From the IMG/VR virus record IMGVR_UViG_3300023210_000015, positions 45,229 through 109,228 of that record: a stretch of DNA of 64,000 nucleotides. One strand, written 5' to 3'. This DNA comes from a virus. Both the position numbers and the translations under genes were made by a program. Of this stretch, positions 37,005 through 45,929 are shown in pieces (the first letter of the stretch is position 1; every line of letters begins with the position of its first letter). The notes below the pieces were generated by a model that was not told where the DNA came from, ran no database searches, and saw only the letters and a program-made list of their open reading frames with translations.

Positions 37005-39131
37005 ATGCCAGCGAAAGGACAAAAATTATCAGAACAAAGTGTCACTTTAATGAAGGACAATAAAAGAAAACGTTTATTAAATCAATATAAATGGGATTTA
37101 GTTAAACCTTATTTGGATATAAATCTTTCTTTATCTTCTAGGGGGCGTAAGCGTCATTTTATTACATTGAGACAATTTAAAGAATACATTGAAAGCGGAC
37201 TAAGTATAAGAGAAATACAAAAATTAACATCTAAAAATCTCGTTTCGTTTTATAGCATATTATGCCAAGGAAAAATTGACCTTAGTAAAAATGAATTTAT
37301 ACAACAATATGAAAGTGGAAAACCTCTCGAAGAAATAGCGGAAGATAATAAGATTAGCAAAGATTATATCGGGTATTTAAGACAGTTATATCGAATCAAA
37401 TCTAAAGGGGCGAAGTTTATTCGCCGCAAAGAAACTGAAACACCGTTAACACAGAGACAAATTGAAATATTATATGGCTCTATGCTAGGTGATGCCCAAC
37501 GCTTAGGTGGAGCGGGTGTCCTTTTTCGACAAGGAGGGGAACAAAAAGATTACTTATTGTGGAAATATAAAGAATTTGAGAGCGTTGCTTCTCCTGATTC
37601 TTTAAAATCAACACATTCTATTGATTTTAGGTCGGAAACAGAAATAACATCTTGGTCATTTTATACTTTTGCTAATACGGATATCGAAAAATGTATTTCA
37701 TCATTTTATCAAGTTGATCCTAATGATTCCTCGAAAAAAGTGAAAGAAGTTTCTCGTGACATTTTAAATCAACTGACTCCATTATCGCTGTCCGTTTGGT
37801 TTATGGACGATGGGCAGACAGACTTCCAACACAGATCGATTGTGAAGGGGAACAATAGTAACCCGACTTGTAATATATGTACTGATTCTTTTTCTAAAAA
37901 AAGTTGTGAAAATATAAAAGAATGGTTTAAAGAAAAGTTTGATATTGATGTCAATATCAAAGATCATCCTTTAAAATATAGAATGGGATATCGAATACGC
38001 ATGAATGCCAAGAATACAAAGCAATTCATAGATTTAATTTCTCCACATATATTGCCCATGTTTCAGTATAAAACTGATTATGAGTCATATAAAAATAAAA
38101 GATTAGAATTGCAAAAACAAGAAATAGATTATGGGAAAATCATGAAGTGTCCATTAGGTGTTGATTTCAAAATGCTTACTGCGAAAGAACAAAGCGGATA
38201 CATTGAAAACCTTGTTGTATCATTTTACAAAGGTGGTTTTAATGCTTTGATGGATGACCCAAAAACTATACAAAATCATATGAATGCTGTTTTAAAGGTG
38301 AACCCGAATAATTTAATTAAAGATGATTTTATTTCGTTTTCAAATGTTGGCAATCGATTTTTAATGGCTCATTTTCCGAACTATTGGGATGCCAAGGCGA
38401 AGGGGAATAAGTCACCAAGAGAAATTTTTGAAAACAAGAAATATTTATCAGAAATTATACGTAAAATAATCACAAATGGAACTTTTCCAAATAAAAAAGA
38501 AATATTAAAGTCGTTGAAACGATATCGTGGGAATAAGGCCGCCAGTGGATTTATGCCCTGTGTTGCCAAATCAATATATCATAAATATTGTGATAAAAAT
38601 TCAAAAGTTATTGATTTTTGCGCTGGGTATGGAGGTAGATTGTTCGGTGCATTTGCTTGTGAAAAGGTGTTTTCTTATACTGGTATAGAAATTAATTTTA
38701 AAACATATTATGGTTTACACGATCTGTACAAAACATTGAGAGAAAAATCGGGTGAAAGCAAAGAAATGAGTCTTCTTAATCAGGATAGTATTATTGGTAT
38801 GAAACAATTTAAAGATAATACTTTTGATTTCTGTTTTACTTCTCCTCCCTATTTTGATGCAGAAGAATATGAAGATAGTCAATTGCAAAGTTCTCAAAAG
38901 TATGATACATATGGAGAGTGGTTTGAAGAATATCTAATTAAATGCGTTCAAGAGGCAACGAGAATTTCTAGAAAAGTAGCAATTGATATTGCTAATACTG
39001 GTGGATACCAGATCGCTGACGATCTTGAAAGGTGGTTAAATAAAAATAATTATAATTTTTCACAGGACCAAATTAGGATGCCAAGATATGATGGCAAATT
39101 TAGATTTGAACCAATTTTTGTCATCGAATAA
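37005..39131 (+). CDS. LAGLIDADG endonuclease domain fused to an amino-DNA methyltransferase
   Basis: ILYGSMLGDA and LSVWFMDDG (LAGLIDADG_2 type); VIDFCAGYGGRL (motif I) and FTSPPYF (motif IV). Confidence 0.82.
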   Translation: MPAKGQKLSEQSVTLMKDNKRKRLLNQYKWDLVKPYLDINLSLSSRGRKRHFITLRQFKEYIESGLSIREIQKLTSKNLVSFYSILCQGKIDLSKNEFIQQYESGKPLEEIAEDNKISKDYIGYLRQLYRIKSKGAKFIRRKETETPLTQRQIEILYGSMLGDAQRLGGAGVLFRQGGEQKDYLLWKYKEFESVASPDSLKSTHSIDFRSETEITSWSFYTFANTDIEKCISSFYQVDPNDSSKKVKEVSRDILNQLTPLSLSVWFMDDGQTDFQHRSIVKGNNSNPTCNICTDSFSKKSCENIKEWFKEKFDIDVNIKDHPLKYRMGYRIRMNAKNTKQFIDLISPHILPMFQYKTDYESYKNKRLELQKQEIDYGKIMKCPLGVDFKMLTAKEQSGYIENLVVSFYKGGFNALMDDPKTIQNHMNAVLKVNPNNLIKDDFISFSNVGNRFLMAHFPNYWDAKAKGNKSPREIFENKKYLSEIIRKIITNGTFPNKKEILKSLKRYRGNKAASGFMPCVAKSIYHKYCDKNSKVIDFCAGYGGRLFGAFACEKVFSYTGIEINFKTYYGLHDLYKTLREKSGESKEMSLLNQDSIIGMKQFKDNTFDFCFTSPPYFDAEEYEDSQLQSSQKYDTYGEWFEEYLIKCVQEATRISRKVAIDIANTGGYQIADDLERWLNKNNYNFSQDQIRMPRYDGKFRFEPIFVIE

Positions 39132-39188
39132 TCTACTTGGTGAAACCTTATATGTTAGAATGTATGAAATATAAGATTGGAGAATAAA

Positions 39189-39560
39189 ATGCCACTTATT
39201 ATAACCGCATGGTGTACTAATTGTAAAAAAGCCGCTGCTGGTACGCTTCAATACGTACAATATTGGCTTGAAGAAGACGGCTCAAAAACACATCTTTCTC
39301 ATCCGTTTGAAGGTTTTATTTTATATGATAAATGGAAGGAAGAATACAAAGAAAAAGGCATAACATTTAACGAAATGGAAAAAGAACGCTCAGGTTGTGC
39401 AACGGCATTTTGGGACACAGAAAACAAATGTTTAATTTATATTGATGAAGATCGAGAAGAAAAACCGGATAACGCTGTTAATGTTTGTAGCGATGAAGCT
39501 GTCGTTATTTGTAAAGACTGCGGAGAAAAAACAAGTTTTGCTCCATTTGCAATGTCATAG
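39189..39560 (+). CDS. small Zn-ribbon-like hypothetical protein
   Basis: CTNC...CKDC; GGAG RBS. Confidence 0.55.
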   Translation: MPLIITAWCTNCKKAAAGTLQYVQYWLEEDGSKTHLSHPFEGFILYDKWKEEYKEKGITFNEMEKERSGCATAFWDTENKCLIYIDEDREEKPDNAVNVCSDEAVVICKDCGEKTSFAPFAMS

Positions 39561-39569
39561 GATAATAAT

Positions 39570-39866
39570 ATGGAAATAGAAGAAGTCAGAAAACAAATAT
39601 GCAAAGCGATGTTGGAAGATATCGATAAAGAGTGGAAAAACATTGAAGAAGAGTTTGAAGAAAGCTGTATGAAACACTTTTTATCATGGGTTCTGTTGTC
39701 GCATGGCGAACAAGTCAAAGAAGAGTGCAAAAAAATATTTGCAAAAAATATTAGTCCAAAATTGCCTTTACTTGAAGTTCTATCTCAAGCATTGGACACG
39801 GTATACGAAACAGATTTAGAAGAAGCGGCAGAGGCAGCGAGAATGCCTTTTGACGATAGAGAATAG
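39570..39866 (+). CDS. hypothetical protein
   Basis: AGGA RBS; operon context. Confidence 0.5.
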   Translation: MEIEEVRKQICKAMLEDIDKEWKNIEEEFEESCMKHFLSWVLLSHGEQVKEECKKIFAKNISPKLPLLEVLSQALDTVYETDLEEAAEAARMPFDDRE

Positions 39867-39876
39867 GGAGAATAAA

Positions 39877-40275
39877 ATGGAATATGATTTTAGTTGGATG
39901 AAAGAAAAAAATCTACCTGATGGTAGTTATCGTGTAGACGGAGAATACCTAGAACCTAGAGAAATAGAAGCTAAAGCGATTTCAACGATGACTCAATATG
40001 TTGATGATGCTAACCGATATTATATGAGCAAAGTCGAAAATGATGGACCTGATGTGTGGTTATGGTGGTCGTATTGTCGATCTTTAGACAGCGAAATTAA
40101 TCCTAGATTATCTCACTTCATGGTTTGGGGAACAAACCTAAAAACTTTTGGCAAACATGATGTAATGCCGAAAAAAGCATTATTTGTATTCGCCGGTTAT
40201 GATACCATGTTCAGAGACATGTGTACTAAGGAGACTCTCGATGAATGGGAAGAGAAAATCAAAGAAAATGACTGA
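39877..40275 (+). CDS. hypothetical protein
   Basis: GGGAG RBS before ATG 39877. Confidence 0.5.
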   Translation: MEYDFSWMKEKNLPDGSYRVDGEYLEPREIEAKAISTMTQYVDDANRYYMSKVENDGPDVWLWWSYCRSLDSEINPRLSHFMVWGTNLKTFGKHDVMPKKALFVFAGYDTMFRDMCTKETLDEWEEKIKEND

Positions 40276-40561
40276 AGAAGAGAAAAACAAAAAAATACTT
40301 GAAATTTTAAGTACAGAAGAGGGAAGATCGGCACTAGCTAAAGCCATGTGGGAACCGGCTCGTTGTGGCGGCATGGCATACGCCAATGACGGAAAAGCAT
40401 TTATTCGATTTGGCGGTTATTGGTATGATTATGAAAAATGGAAACAACAGTATAATAATAACAGACATCAAATACCAGTTGAATGGATGAAAGAGTATTG
40501 TGAAACAAATGAACACAAAAATAATTCTGAAGATTTTGTGGTAGGAGAAAATAGTGGATAA
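40268..40561 (+). CDS. small protein starting with a copy of the MCP N-terminal helix
   Basis: MTEEEKNKKILEILSTEEGRSALAKAMWEPAR aligns with MCP LTNEDKLAVIEAALNTDEGRVALAQAIVEPIR. Confidence 0.7.
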   Translation: MTEEEKNKKILEILSTEEGRSALAKAMWEPARCGGMAYANDGKAFIRFGGYWYDYEKWKQQYNNNRHQIPVEWMKEYCETNEHKNNSEDFVVGENSG

Positions 40562-40787
40562 ATACAAAATAAAAGAACCCAATTGGTTTCAAGACAAGAA
40601 TACCGGTGCGACAACATGCTTGGCTATGTCAGTAAATCCAGAAACCAACAGAATTTATGTGGTGGTTAGCACCGAAATACCTCTTATGCGTTTAGAAGAA
40701 ATCGATGAATCTGTAAAATTGGAAGTGAGTAAACAATTAGCAGAAACAGCAGAATTTATTATGCAAAATAAAAAAGATATTTATTAA
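40554..40787 (+). CDS. hypothetical protein
   Basis: AGGAG RBS; GTG start. Confidence 0.5.
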   Translation: MDKYKIKEPNWFQDKNTGATTCLAMSVNPETNRIYVVVSTEIPLMRLEEIDESVKLEVSKQLAETAEFIMQNKKDIY

Positions 40788-40791
40788 AAAA

Positions 40792-40971
40792 GTGACACCA
40801 GAAGAATTTAAAATAGAGTGGCAGAAGATGATGGAAGAAAACGCGAAGTGGCGTAGGGAAACAATGGTTCCCATATATCAAGCGCAAATAATTTCAGCTT
40901 GCATGGAGAGTGACATCGGAAGAAAAGCGTTATCACAAGCAGTAGCAAAAAGATTATTGGGAGAAAAATAG
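40792..40971 (+). CDS. 59-aa ORF (not in the ORF track) with an MCP-N-helix-like C-terminus
   Basis: MTPEEFKIEWQKMMEENAKWRRETMVPIYQAQIISACMESDIGRKALSQAVAKRLLGEK. Confidence 0.5.
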   Translation: MTPEEFKIEWQKMMEENAKWRRETMVPIYQAQIISACMESDIGRKALSQAVAKRLLGEK

Positions 40972-41080
40972 TGTATAAATTCAAAAGGAAATATATCTTT
41001 CTTCTATAATATAAAGACATGGAAACTTATAACATTCACAACCTTGATTCCCTCTAGTTATTAACTAGAGGAGAATTAAT

Positions 41081-41455
41081 ATGAGCGGTTATTTCAGACA
41101 CCCTAAAACCCTTAACGAGAAAAAAGCAAATCAAGATTGGCCAGTGCGCGGAAGAAGAATGTCCAAAAGGCTTCCACATTTTTGGGACGATATTTGGAAC
41201 CGCACCACCCGCTGCTGGAAGAAAACTCGAAAAACACAGTATAGAGTCAAATCTGTCAAACCCAAAAAAGATAGCACCAGATACGGCAAATCGATGGCAA
41301 AACGAGATCATTTTTACAAAGAACACAAAGCGTGTCGCTATGAAAGACGCAGATGCACATATTGCATTAAACATGGTTGTTGGGACGAATATGACAAATA
41401 TATTGAACGTCATTATAGAAGGATTCTGGCAGAGCAACCAAACAATTATTTCTAA
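41081..41455 (+). CDS. small basic phage protein
   Basis: AGGAGGAG RBS; FRHPKT..EK...R.RR....LP..WDD....R.WK..RK.QY pattern. Confidence 0.6.
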   Translation: MSGYFRHPKTLNEKKANQDWPVRGRRMSKRLPHFWDDIWNRTTRCWKKTRKTQYRVKSVKPKKDSTRYGKSMAKRDHFYKEHKACRYERRRCTYCIKHGCWDEYDKYIERHYRRILAEQPNNYF

Positions 41456-41489
41456 AGGAATTCGTTTAACTATTTTCGAATAATTAAGT

Positions 41490-42296
41490 ATGATAACTTT
41501 AGATGACAAAACAATTTATATCGTATCTGATTTACACATGGGAAACGGATCAAAAGCTGACAGTTTCGCACCATATGCAAAAATCTTTAATGATTTTTTA
41601 GACATGGTAGACCAAGACCCTAATGGAATCCTTATTATCGCAGGTGATGTCTTCGAGTTATGGCAATTCAGTAGCGGAAATATATTCAAAACATATTTTG
41701 ATTTGATCAAACGACTTATTAATATGAATACGATTTTCATCATTGGCAATCATGACATAGATTTGTTTGGGTTTATTGATTCTCCATTAAAATTATCTTT
41801 TTTAGATCAATTAAAGAATGATGTTCAGATTGAACGTGGTGGACAAAAAATAAAAATAATTCATGGTCATGAGTTTGATATCTTCAACAATCCTTCTAAA
41901 TCACTGTTCATGGGAAGAATAGTCACATTGCTTGTTGGAGAATATGAGAAGAACAATCAAGACTTTGACAAATGGGCAGAAAAGTATTTAGAGCCGTTCT
42001 TTAGGAAACTTTCTTTGTTCGCTATGAATTTTTATAGTAGATTTTTTGGGAAAAGTCAGTCACAGGTCGAAGGAAAATTGTCAAAGATACTGGAGAAATA
42101 TCACAAAAATAATCCTAATGAATTTATCGTGTCTGGTCATACTCATTATCCCGGATGGTTTGGTGATTGGTATGTAAATACTGGTTCATGGGAGAGGAAA
42201 GATAATCCTCACTACGTTAAGATTACACCAGATGGGTCTGTAACGCTCTATAAATACCCAGAAAATACGATAGTGACTAAACAGTACAACTCTTAG
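41490..42296 (+). CDS. calcineurin-like metallophosphoesterase (LpxH-like)
   Basis: SDLHMG, GDVFELW, GNHD, HGHEFD, GHTH, YVNTGSW. Confidence 0.88.
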   Translation: MITLDDKTIYIVSDLHMGNGSKADSFAPYAKIFNDFLDMVDQDPNGILIIAGDVFELWQFSSGNIFKTYFDLIKRLINMNTIFIIGNHDIDLFGFIDSPLKLSFLDQLKNDVQIERGGQKIKIIHGHEFDIFNNPSKSLFMGRIVTLLVGEYEKNNQDFDKWAEKYLEPFFRKLSLFAMNFYSRFFGKSQSQVEGKLSKILEKYHKNNPNEFIVSGHTHYPGWFGDWYVNTGSWERKDNPHYVKITPDGSVTLYKYPENTIVTKQYNS

Positions 42297-43380
42297 GCAA
42301 AAGGTCTTCGATCCTCTTGCCCTTTTCTGCCAAAAACTGGCTGAATGTCTTTTTCTTGAAGTCTTTAGCCATTAACCAATAATATCTGAATTCTCTAGCT
42401 AAGTCTGCTGTCCATTTCTCAGATACAAATATTTTATTATCTAGAGCATTTAATGGTTTAAATATCTGTGGATATGGTCTAACGCCTAATTCTCTAACTT
42501 CTGTTGCTCTATACATTGCTTCATCAAAATCATCTTGGAAATTAAATAACACAAATACCATAAATGCGTACTTGGGAACACCTAATTTTCTCAATTTCTT
42601 AATAGCATCTTGTAAATACCCGTCTTCTGTCATATTATCGAACGCAAGACGCAATCCATTCTCTTGCCATCTAATCTTAGACAGCATCTCTATCTTTTCA
42701 TCGTCCAGCAAACGAACATCAAATCCATTGTGGAAGCACGTAATTAGGCGTTTTTCGGCCAAAAAGTTGACAACCTCTTTGAAGTGTTCTTTTGGCATCG
42801 CTGTTAAGTTGTTGTCATAAACCATAATGTGCTTTTTATCATAATCAATTAGGTCTTTCCAATTTTCTATAATTTCAGTTCTTGGCTCTAACCTCTTAAC
42901 TGCACAGAATTTACAGCTTCTTGGGCATCCTCTTGTAGTGAATATCATACTAAAATTTTCCCATCTTTGTATTTTAGGAGAGTATTTGATGAATTCCTCA
43001 TAAAGAGAGTAATCAGGTTTTATCTTATCTAGATTGCTAGAAAAGCCTATAAATGGTTTTATTCCTGTTTTTTCTTCTATATAATCTGGCATAAGAGTAG
43101 CAAAAATCCCACCAACCAGTATTTTAGCATCTTGAAAGTTGTCTTTATAATAATTAATACATTCAATGGTTCTAGCTGATTGGTAAGTAAATAACGTGGA
43201 TATGTAGATAATATCTGGTTTATACAGATCATCTCCAAACATATCATTGCTAGTGGAGGGTAATAACCCTTTGACGTAATGAACTTGATGGCCTTTTTTC
43301 TTATGTCTAGCCGATATTTTCATTAGAGCCAGATTTGGATATGTCAACGGAATGTTCGGTTCTACTAATAAAATGTTCAT
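42277..43380 (-). CDS. radical SAM protein with a B12-binding-like N-terminal domain
   Basis: TTRGCPRSCKFC (CxxxCxxC), YPNLALMKIS, VGG..ATL, DNNL; the only long minus-strand gene. Confidence 0.87.
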   Translation of the reverse strand: MNILLVEPNIPLTYPNLALMKISARHKKKGHQVHYVKGLLPSTSNDMFGDDLYKPDIIYISTLFTYQSARTIECINYYKDNFQDAKILVGGIFATLMPDYIEEKTGIKPFIGFSSNLDKIKPDYSLYEEFIKYSPKIQRWENFSMIFTTRGCPRSCKFCAVKRLEPRTEIIENWKDLIDYDKKHIMVYDNNLTAMPKEHFKEVVNFLAEKRLITCFHNGFDVRLLDDEKIEMLSKIRWQENGLRLAFDNMTEDGYLQDAIKKLRKLGVPKYAFMVFVLFNFQDDFDEAMYRATEVRELGVRPYPQIFKPLNALDNKIFVSEKWTADLAREFRYYWLMAKDFKKKTFSQFLAEKGKRIEDLLPKSCTV

Positions 43381-43437
43381 ATTTTTTTATCGGAACAAGT
43401 GAAGGAAAGAGAGGAGATAATTCGTAAGTATAGAAGT

Positions 43438-45549
43438 ATGGAGAATTTGTTTAAATTGGGTCAAGACATGCCGATAGAGCCTGCGCCCCAAGAAGGCGAA
43501 GTGCAACCTGTACAGCCTCAAATGGCTGGAGAATTAATCACATATGTTAACCATGGTAGAGCGGGTCTGTATTTGGCTGTTGAAATCAAAACCCAAGACC
43601 CCGAAGCCAAACAAGGCATTGTCACTAAATTAACGGTTGGATCAGATTATAGAGAATTTAGGGGCAAATTTACCAAATTAATAACAGAAGAAAATATTAA
43701 TACAGTACAATCGAATTTGGAAGAAGCGGCAGCAGCATATAATTTCACACTTGATCTTAGTGGATTACAATATGCCAGAGATACCCTATCGGCTGGCGAA
43801 ATAGATACTTCATCTCTCGTGGTGGCTGGCGATGTCGATGCGACACTCAAAAATATGCAGGAAAAACTGAGAGACGCAATTAGAAAAACGCCAGGAGATA
43901 AGCGTACTAAGATGATTTCTGGCCTTATTGACCAGCAATTAGAAACTCTTGAAAAAGCTGTTGATGACGAAACCAAATGGGAATTTTTGAAATCATTCTT
44001 GGCTCTTTCTCAAAGATTGTACAGATATAGTTTTGGCAACCAAATGCTTATTTGGTGGCAGACTGGCGGAAAAGCTGTTGATGTACAAGCGTTTAAAAAA
44101 TGGAAACAATTGGGTAGATATGTTAAAAAAGGAGCAACTGGAATTTCGATTTGGGTTCCTCTTAAAATAGATGCCAAAGATGCGTCGGGCAAAGTCATTA
44201 TGGACCCCGCCACAAAAGCCCCTAAAAAGAAATTAATCTTTGTAATCAAACCAGTTTTTGACATTGGGGATACGGCCAAATTCGAAGGCAAACAATTGGA
44301 GCGATGGAAGAAACAACATCCAGATGAAGAACCTTACGAAAGACCTCCTCGTGATGTTTGGATGAGCAAACAAAATGAAGATACAGACACTACGGTTACA
44401 CTTAGGGCTGCATTATTGTCGTGGATTGGGAAATTCGCCACAGATAAAGATTCTCCATATGCTGGCAGAAAAATTGATATCAACTTACATGCCGACACAG
44501 GGACTGCTGGCGGATGGTCTGCTGGTGGTAGGATTGAAATTGATAAAACCTCTGGTGGAGAAAGACAGCTATCTGCACTAATTCATGAACTTGCACACGA
44601 AGTTTTGCATTGGCAAGTTGATGGAACAAAATCAAAAGAAAAATATACAAAGAAACAGGTCGAAAGCGATGCAGAAGCTACGGCATTTATCGTTATGAAT
44701 GCATGGGGATTCAAATCTATTGAATATGTTGGAGCGTATATGAAATTATTGCGTATCGGTTCTAACCTGTTGAGAAGCAGAAGAAACATTGTTAATAAGG
44801 TTTCTCAAAACATTATAGAGGGCATGTGGAACGAAGTGCAGGCTATGAAGAATCAGGGTGATAACGTAGAAGCTAACTGGTATCATGATATAAAAATAGC
44901 AAAAATATTAGATTCTTTATTGAGTCCGATTAGTTCTATTGAAGCTAAAGTGTCTCATCCAAAGATGCTTAAAACCGCTTCTACGAAAGAGGCTAGAAGC
45001 AATATGGACCTTCCTGATGGTAAAACTGATAAAAAGATTTTTCAAAGAAAAAGTGACGCTCAAGCTTCTAATCAACATGGAAAATATTGTACCGTTTTTG
45101 ATGTGCAACGTTATGTAATGGATAGTTATATGTCCAAGGTCGCTCTTTCACAGACTAATGACAAGTTAACGGTATCTATTACTGTTGCTCACGGCTTCTT
45201 GGGTACAATTACATGGGATGAGTATTGGTACTATAATCTTGATGAAATGGATCAGGCACAAAAAACTTACAAAGCAGTAAACAAGATATTGAAAGATACG
45301 ATGGAGCAGTTCGTTGATGAAGAAATACCTACACCAATGTTTTGGGCTTTCTTGAAAAAGAAAACAGATGATGTCGATCCTGATGGAAGACAGCGCATCA
45401 ATATACCTGTTCTTAATTATGCTCGACAATATTCGGATTTACACAACCCTGACTGGCGTAGTAATTTGTATGGCACAAGATATCCAACTCACAAAGAAGA
45501 ATCTTATCGTCAATACTTAAACAGTCATGGACCGAATAGCCCAAAATGA
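43438..45549 (+). CDS. multidomain protein: ArdC-like N-terminal ssDNA-binding domain, zincin metallopeptidase and unknown domains
   Basis: YSFGNQMLI..Q....V..FKKW..LGR.VKKG..GI.I.VP...VFDI..T; LIHELAHEVLH...E..AEA.AF.V; internal NWYHDIKIA and LKTAS. Confidence 0.8.
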   Translation: MENLFKLGQDMPIEPAPQEGEVQPVQPQMAGELITYVNHGRAGLYLAVEIKTQDPEAKQGIVTKLTVGSDYREFRGKFTKLITEENINTVQSNLEEAAAAYNFTLDLSGLQYARDTLSAGEIDTSSLVVAGDVDATLKNMQEKLRDAIRKTPGDKRTKMISGLIDQQLETLEKAVDDETKWEFLKSFLALSQRLYRYSFGNQMLIWWQTGGKAVDVQAFKKWKQLGRYVKKGATGISIWVPLKIDAKDASGKVIMDPATKAPKKKLIFVIKPVFDIGDTAKFEGKQLERWKKQHPDEEPYERPPRDVWMSKQNEDTDTTVTLRAALLSWIGKFATDKDSPYAGRKIDINLHADTGTAGGWSAGGRIEIDKTSGGERQLSALIHELAHEVLHWQVDGTKSKEKYTKKQVESDAEATAFIVMNAWGFKSIEYVGAYMKLLRIGSNLLRSRRNIVNKVSQNIIEGMWNEVQAMKNQGDNVEANWYHDIKIAKILDSLLSPISSIEAKVSHPKMLKTASTKEARSNMDLPDGKTDKKIFQRKSDAQASNQHGKYCTVFDVQRYVMDSYMSKVALSQTNDKLTVSITVAHGFLGTITWDEYWYYNLDEMDQAQKTYKAVNKILKDTMEQFVDEEIPTPMFWAFLKKKTDDVDPDGRQRINIPVLNYARQYSDLHNPDWRSNLYGTRYPTHKEESYRQYLNSHGPNSPK

Positions 45550-45929
45550 ACTGGTATACTTTAATAAAATCCGCCGCCCCAATAGGGCCAAACATGCAAG
45601 GTCTAGGTTATCTCGCTATTGGTCATGATTTCGATGTAGGAATCGAAAATCATTTATGGTTTTTAACTCTCGATGGAGATTTTATTTCTAAATTATCTAC
45701 AGGGCCATATGATGTACACGCTGGATGGGACAAGTGGGTGAGAAATGATAATCTAGGGACTATTGTTTCGGAAGGAAGAGTCGAGTGTGTAAAGGGGCAA
45801 AATGGATGTAAAGCTTCTTTGGTTCTTCGTCAAACTTTAACTCCACACTATAAAGAATTTGCTAGAAAAAAATCCTCTAAGATGCTGGATGAGAAGTTCA
45901 ATAACCCGGAAATATTAGTGATGAGATGA
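45546..45929 (+). CDS. MNWY-tagged hypothetical protein; paralog of the N-terminal domain of 50769..51491
   Basis: Y..IGH, GR.E and LDEKF.NP.IL are shared. Confidence 0.65.
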   Translation: MNWYTLIKSAAPIGPNMQGLGYLAIGHDFDVGIENHLWFLTLDGDFISKLSTGPYDVHAGWDKWVRNDNLGTIVSEGRVECVKGQNGCKASLVLRQTLTPHYKEFARKKSSKMLDEKFNNPEILVMR

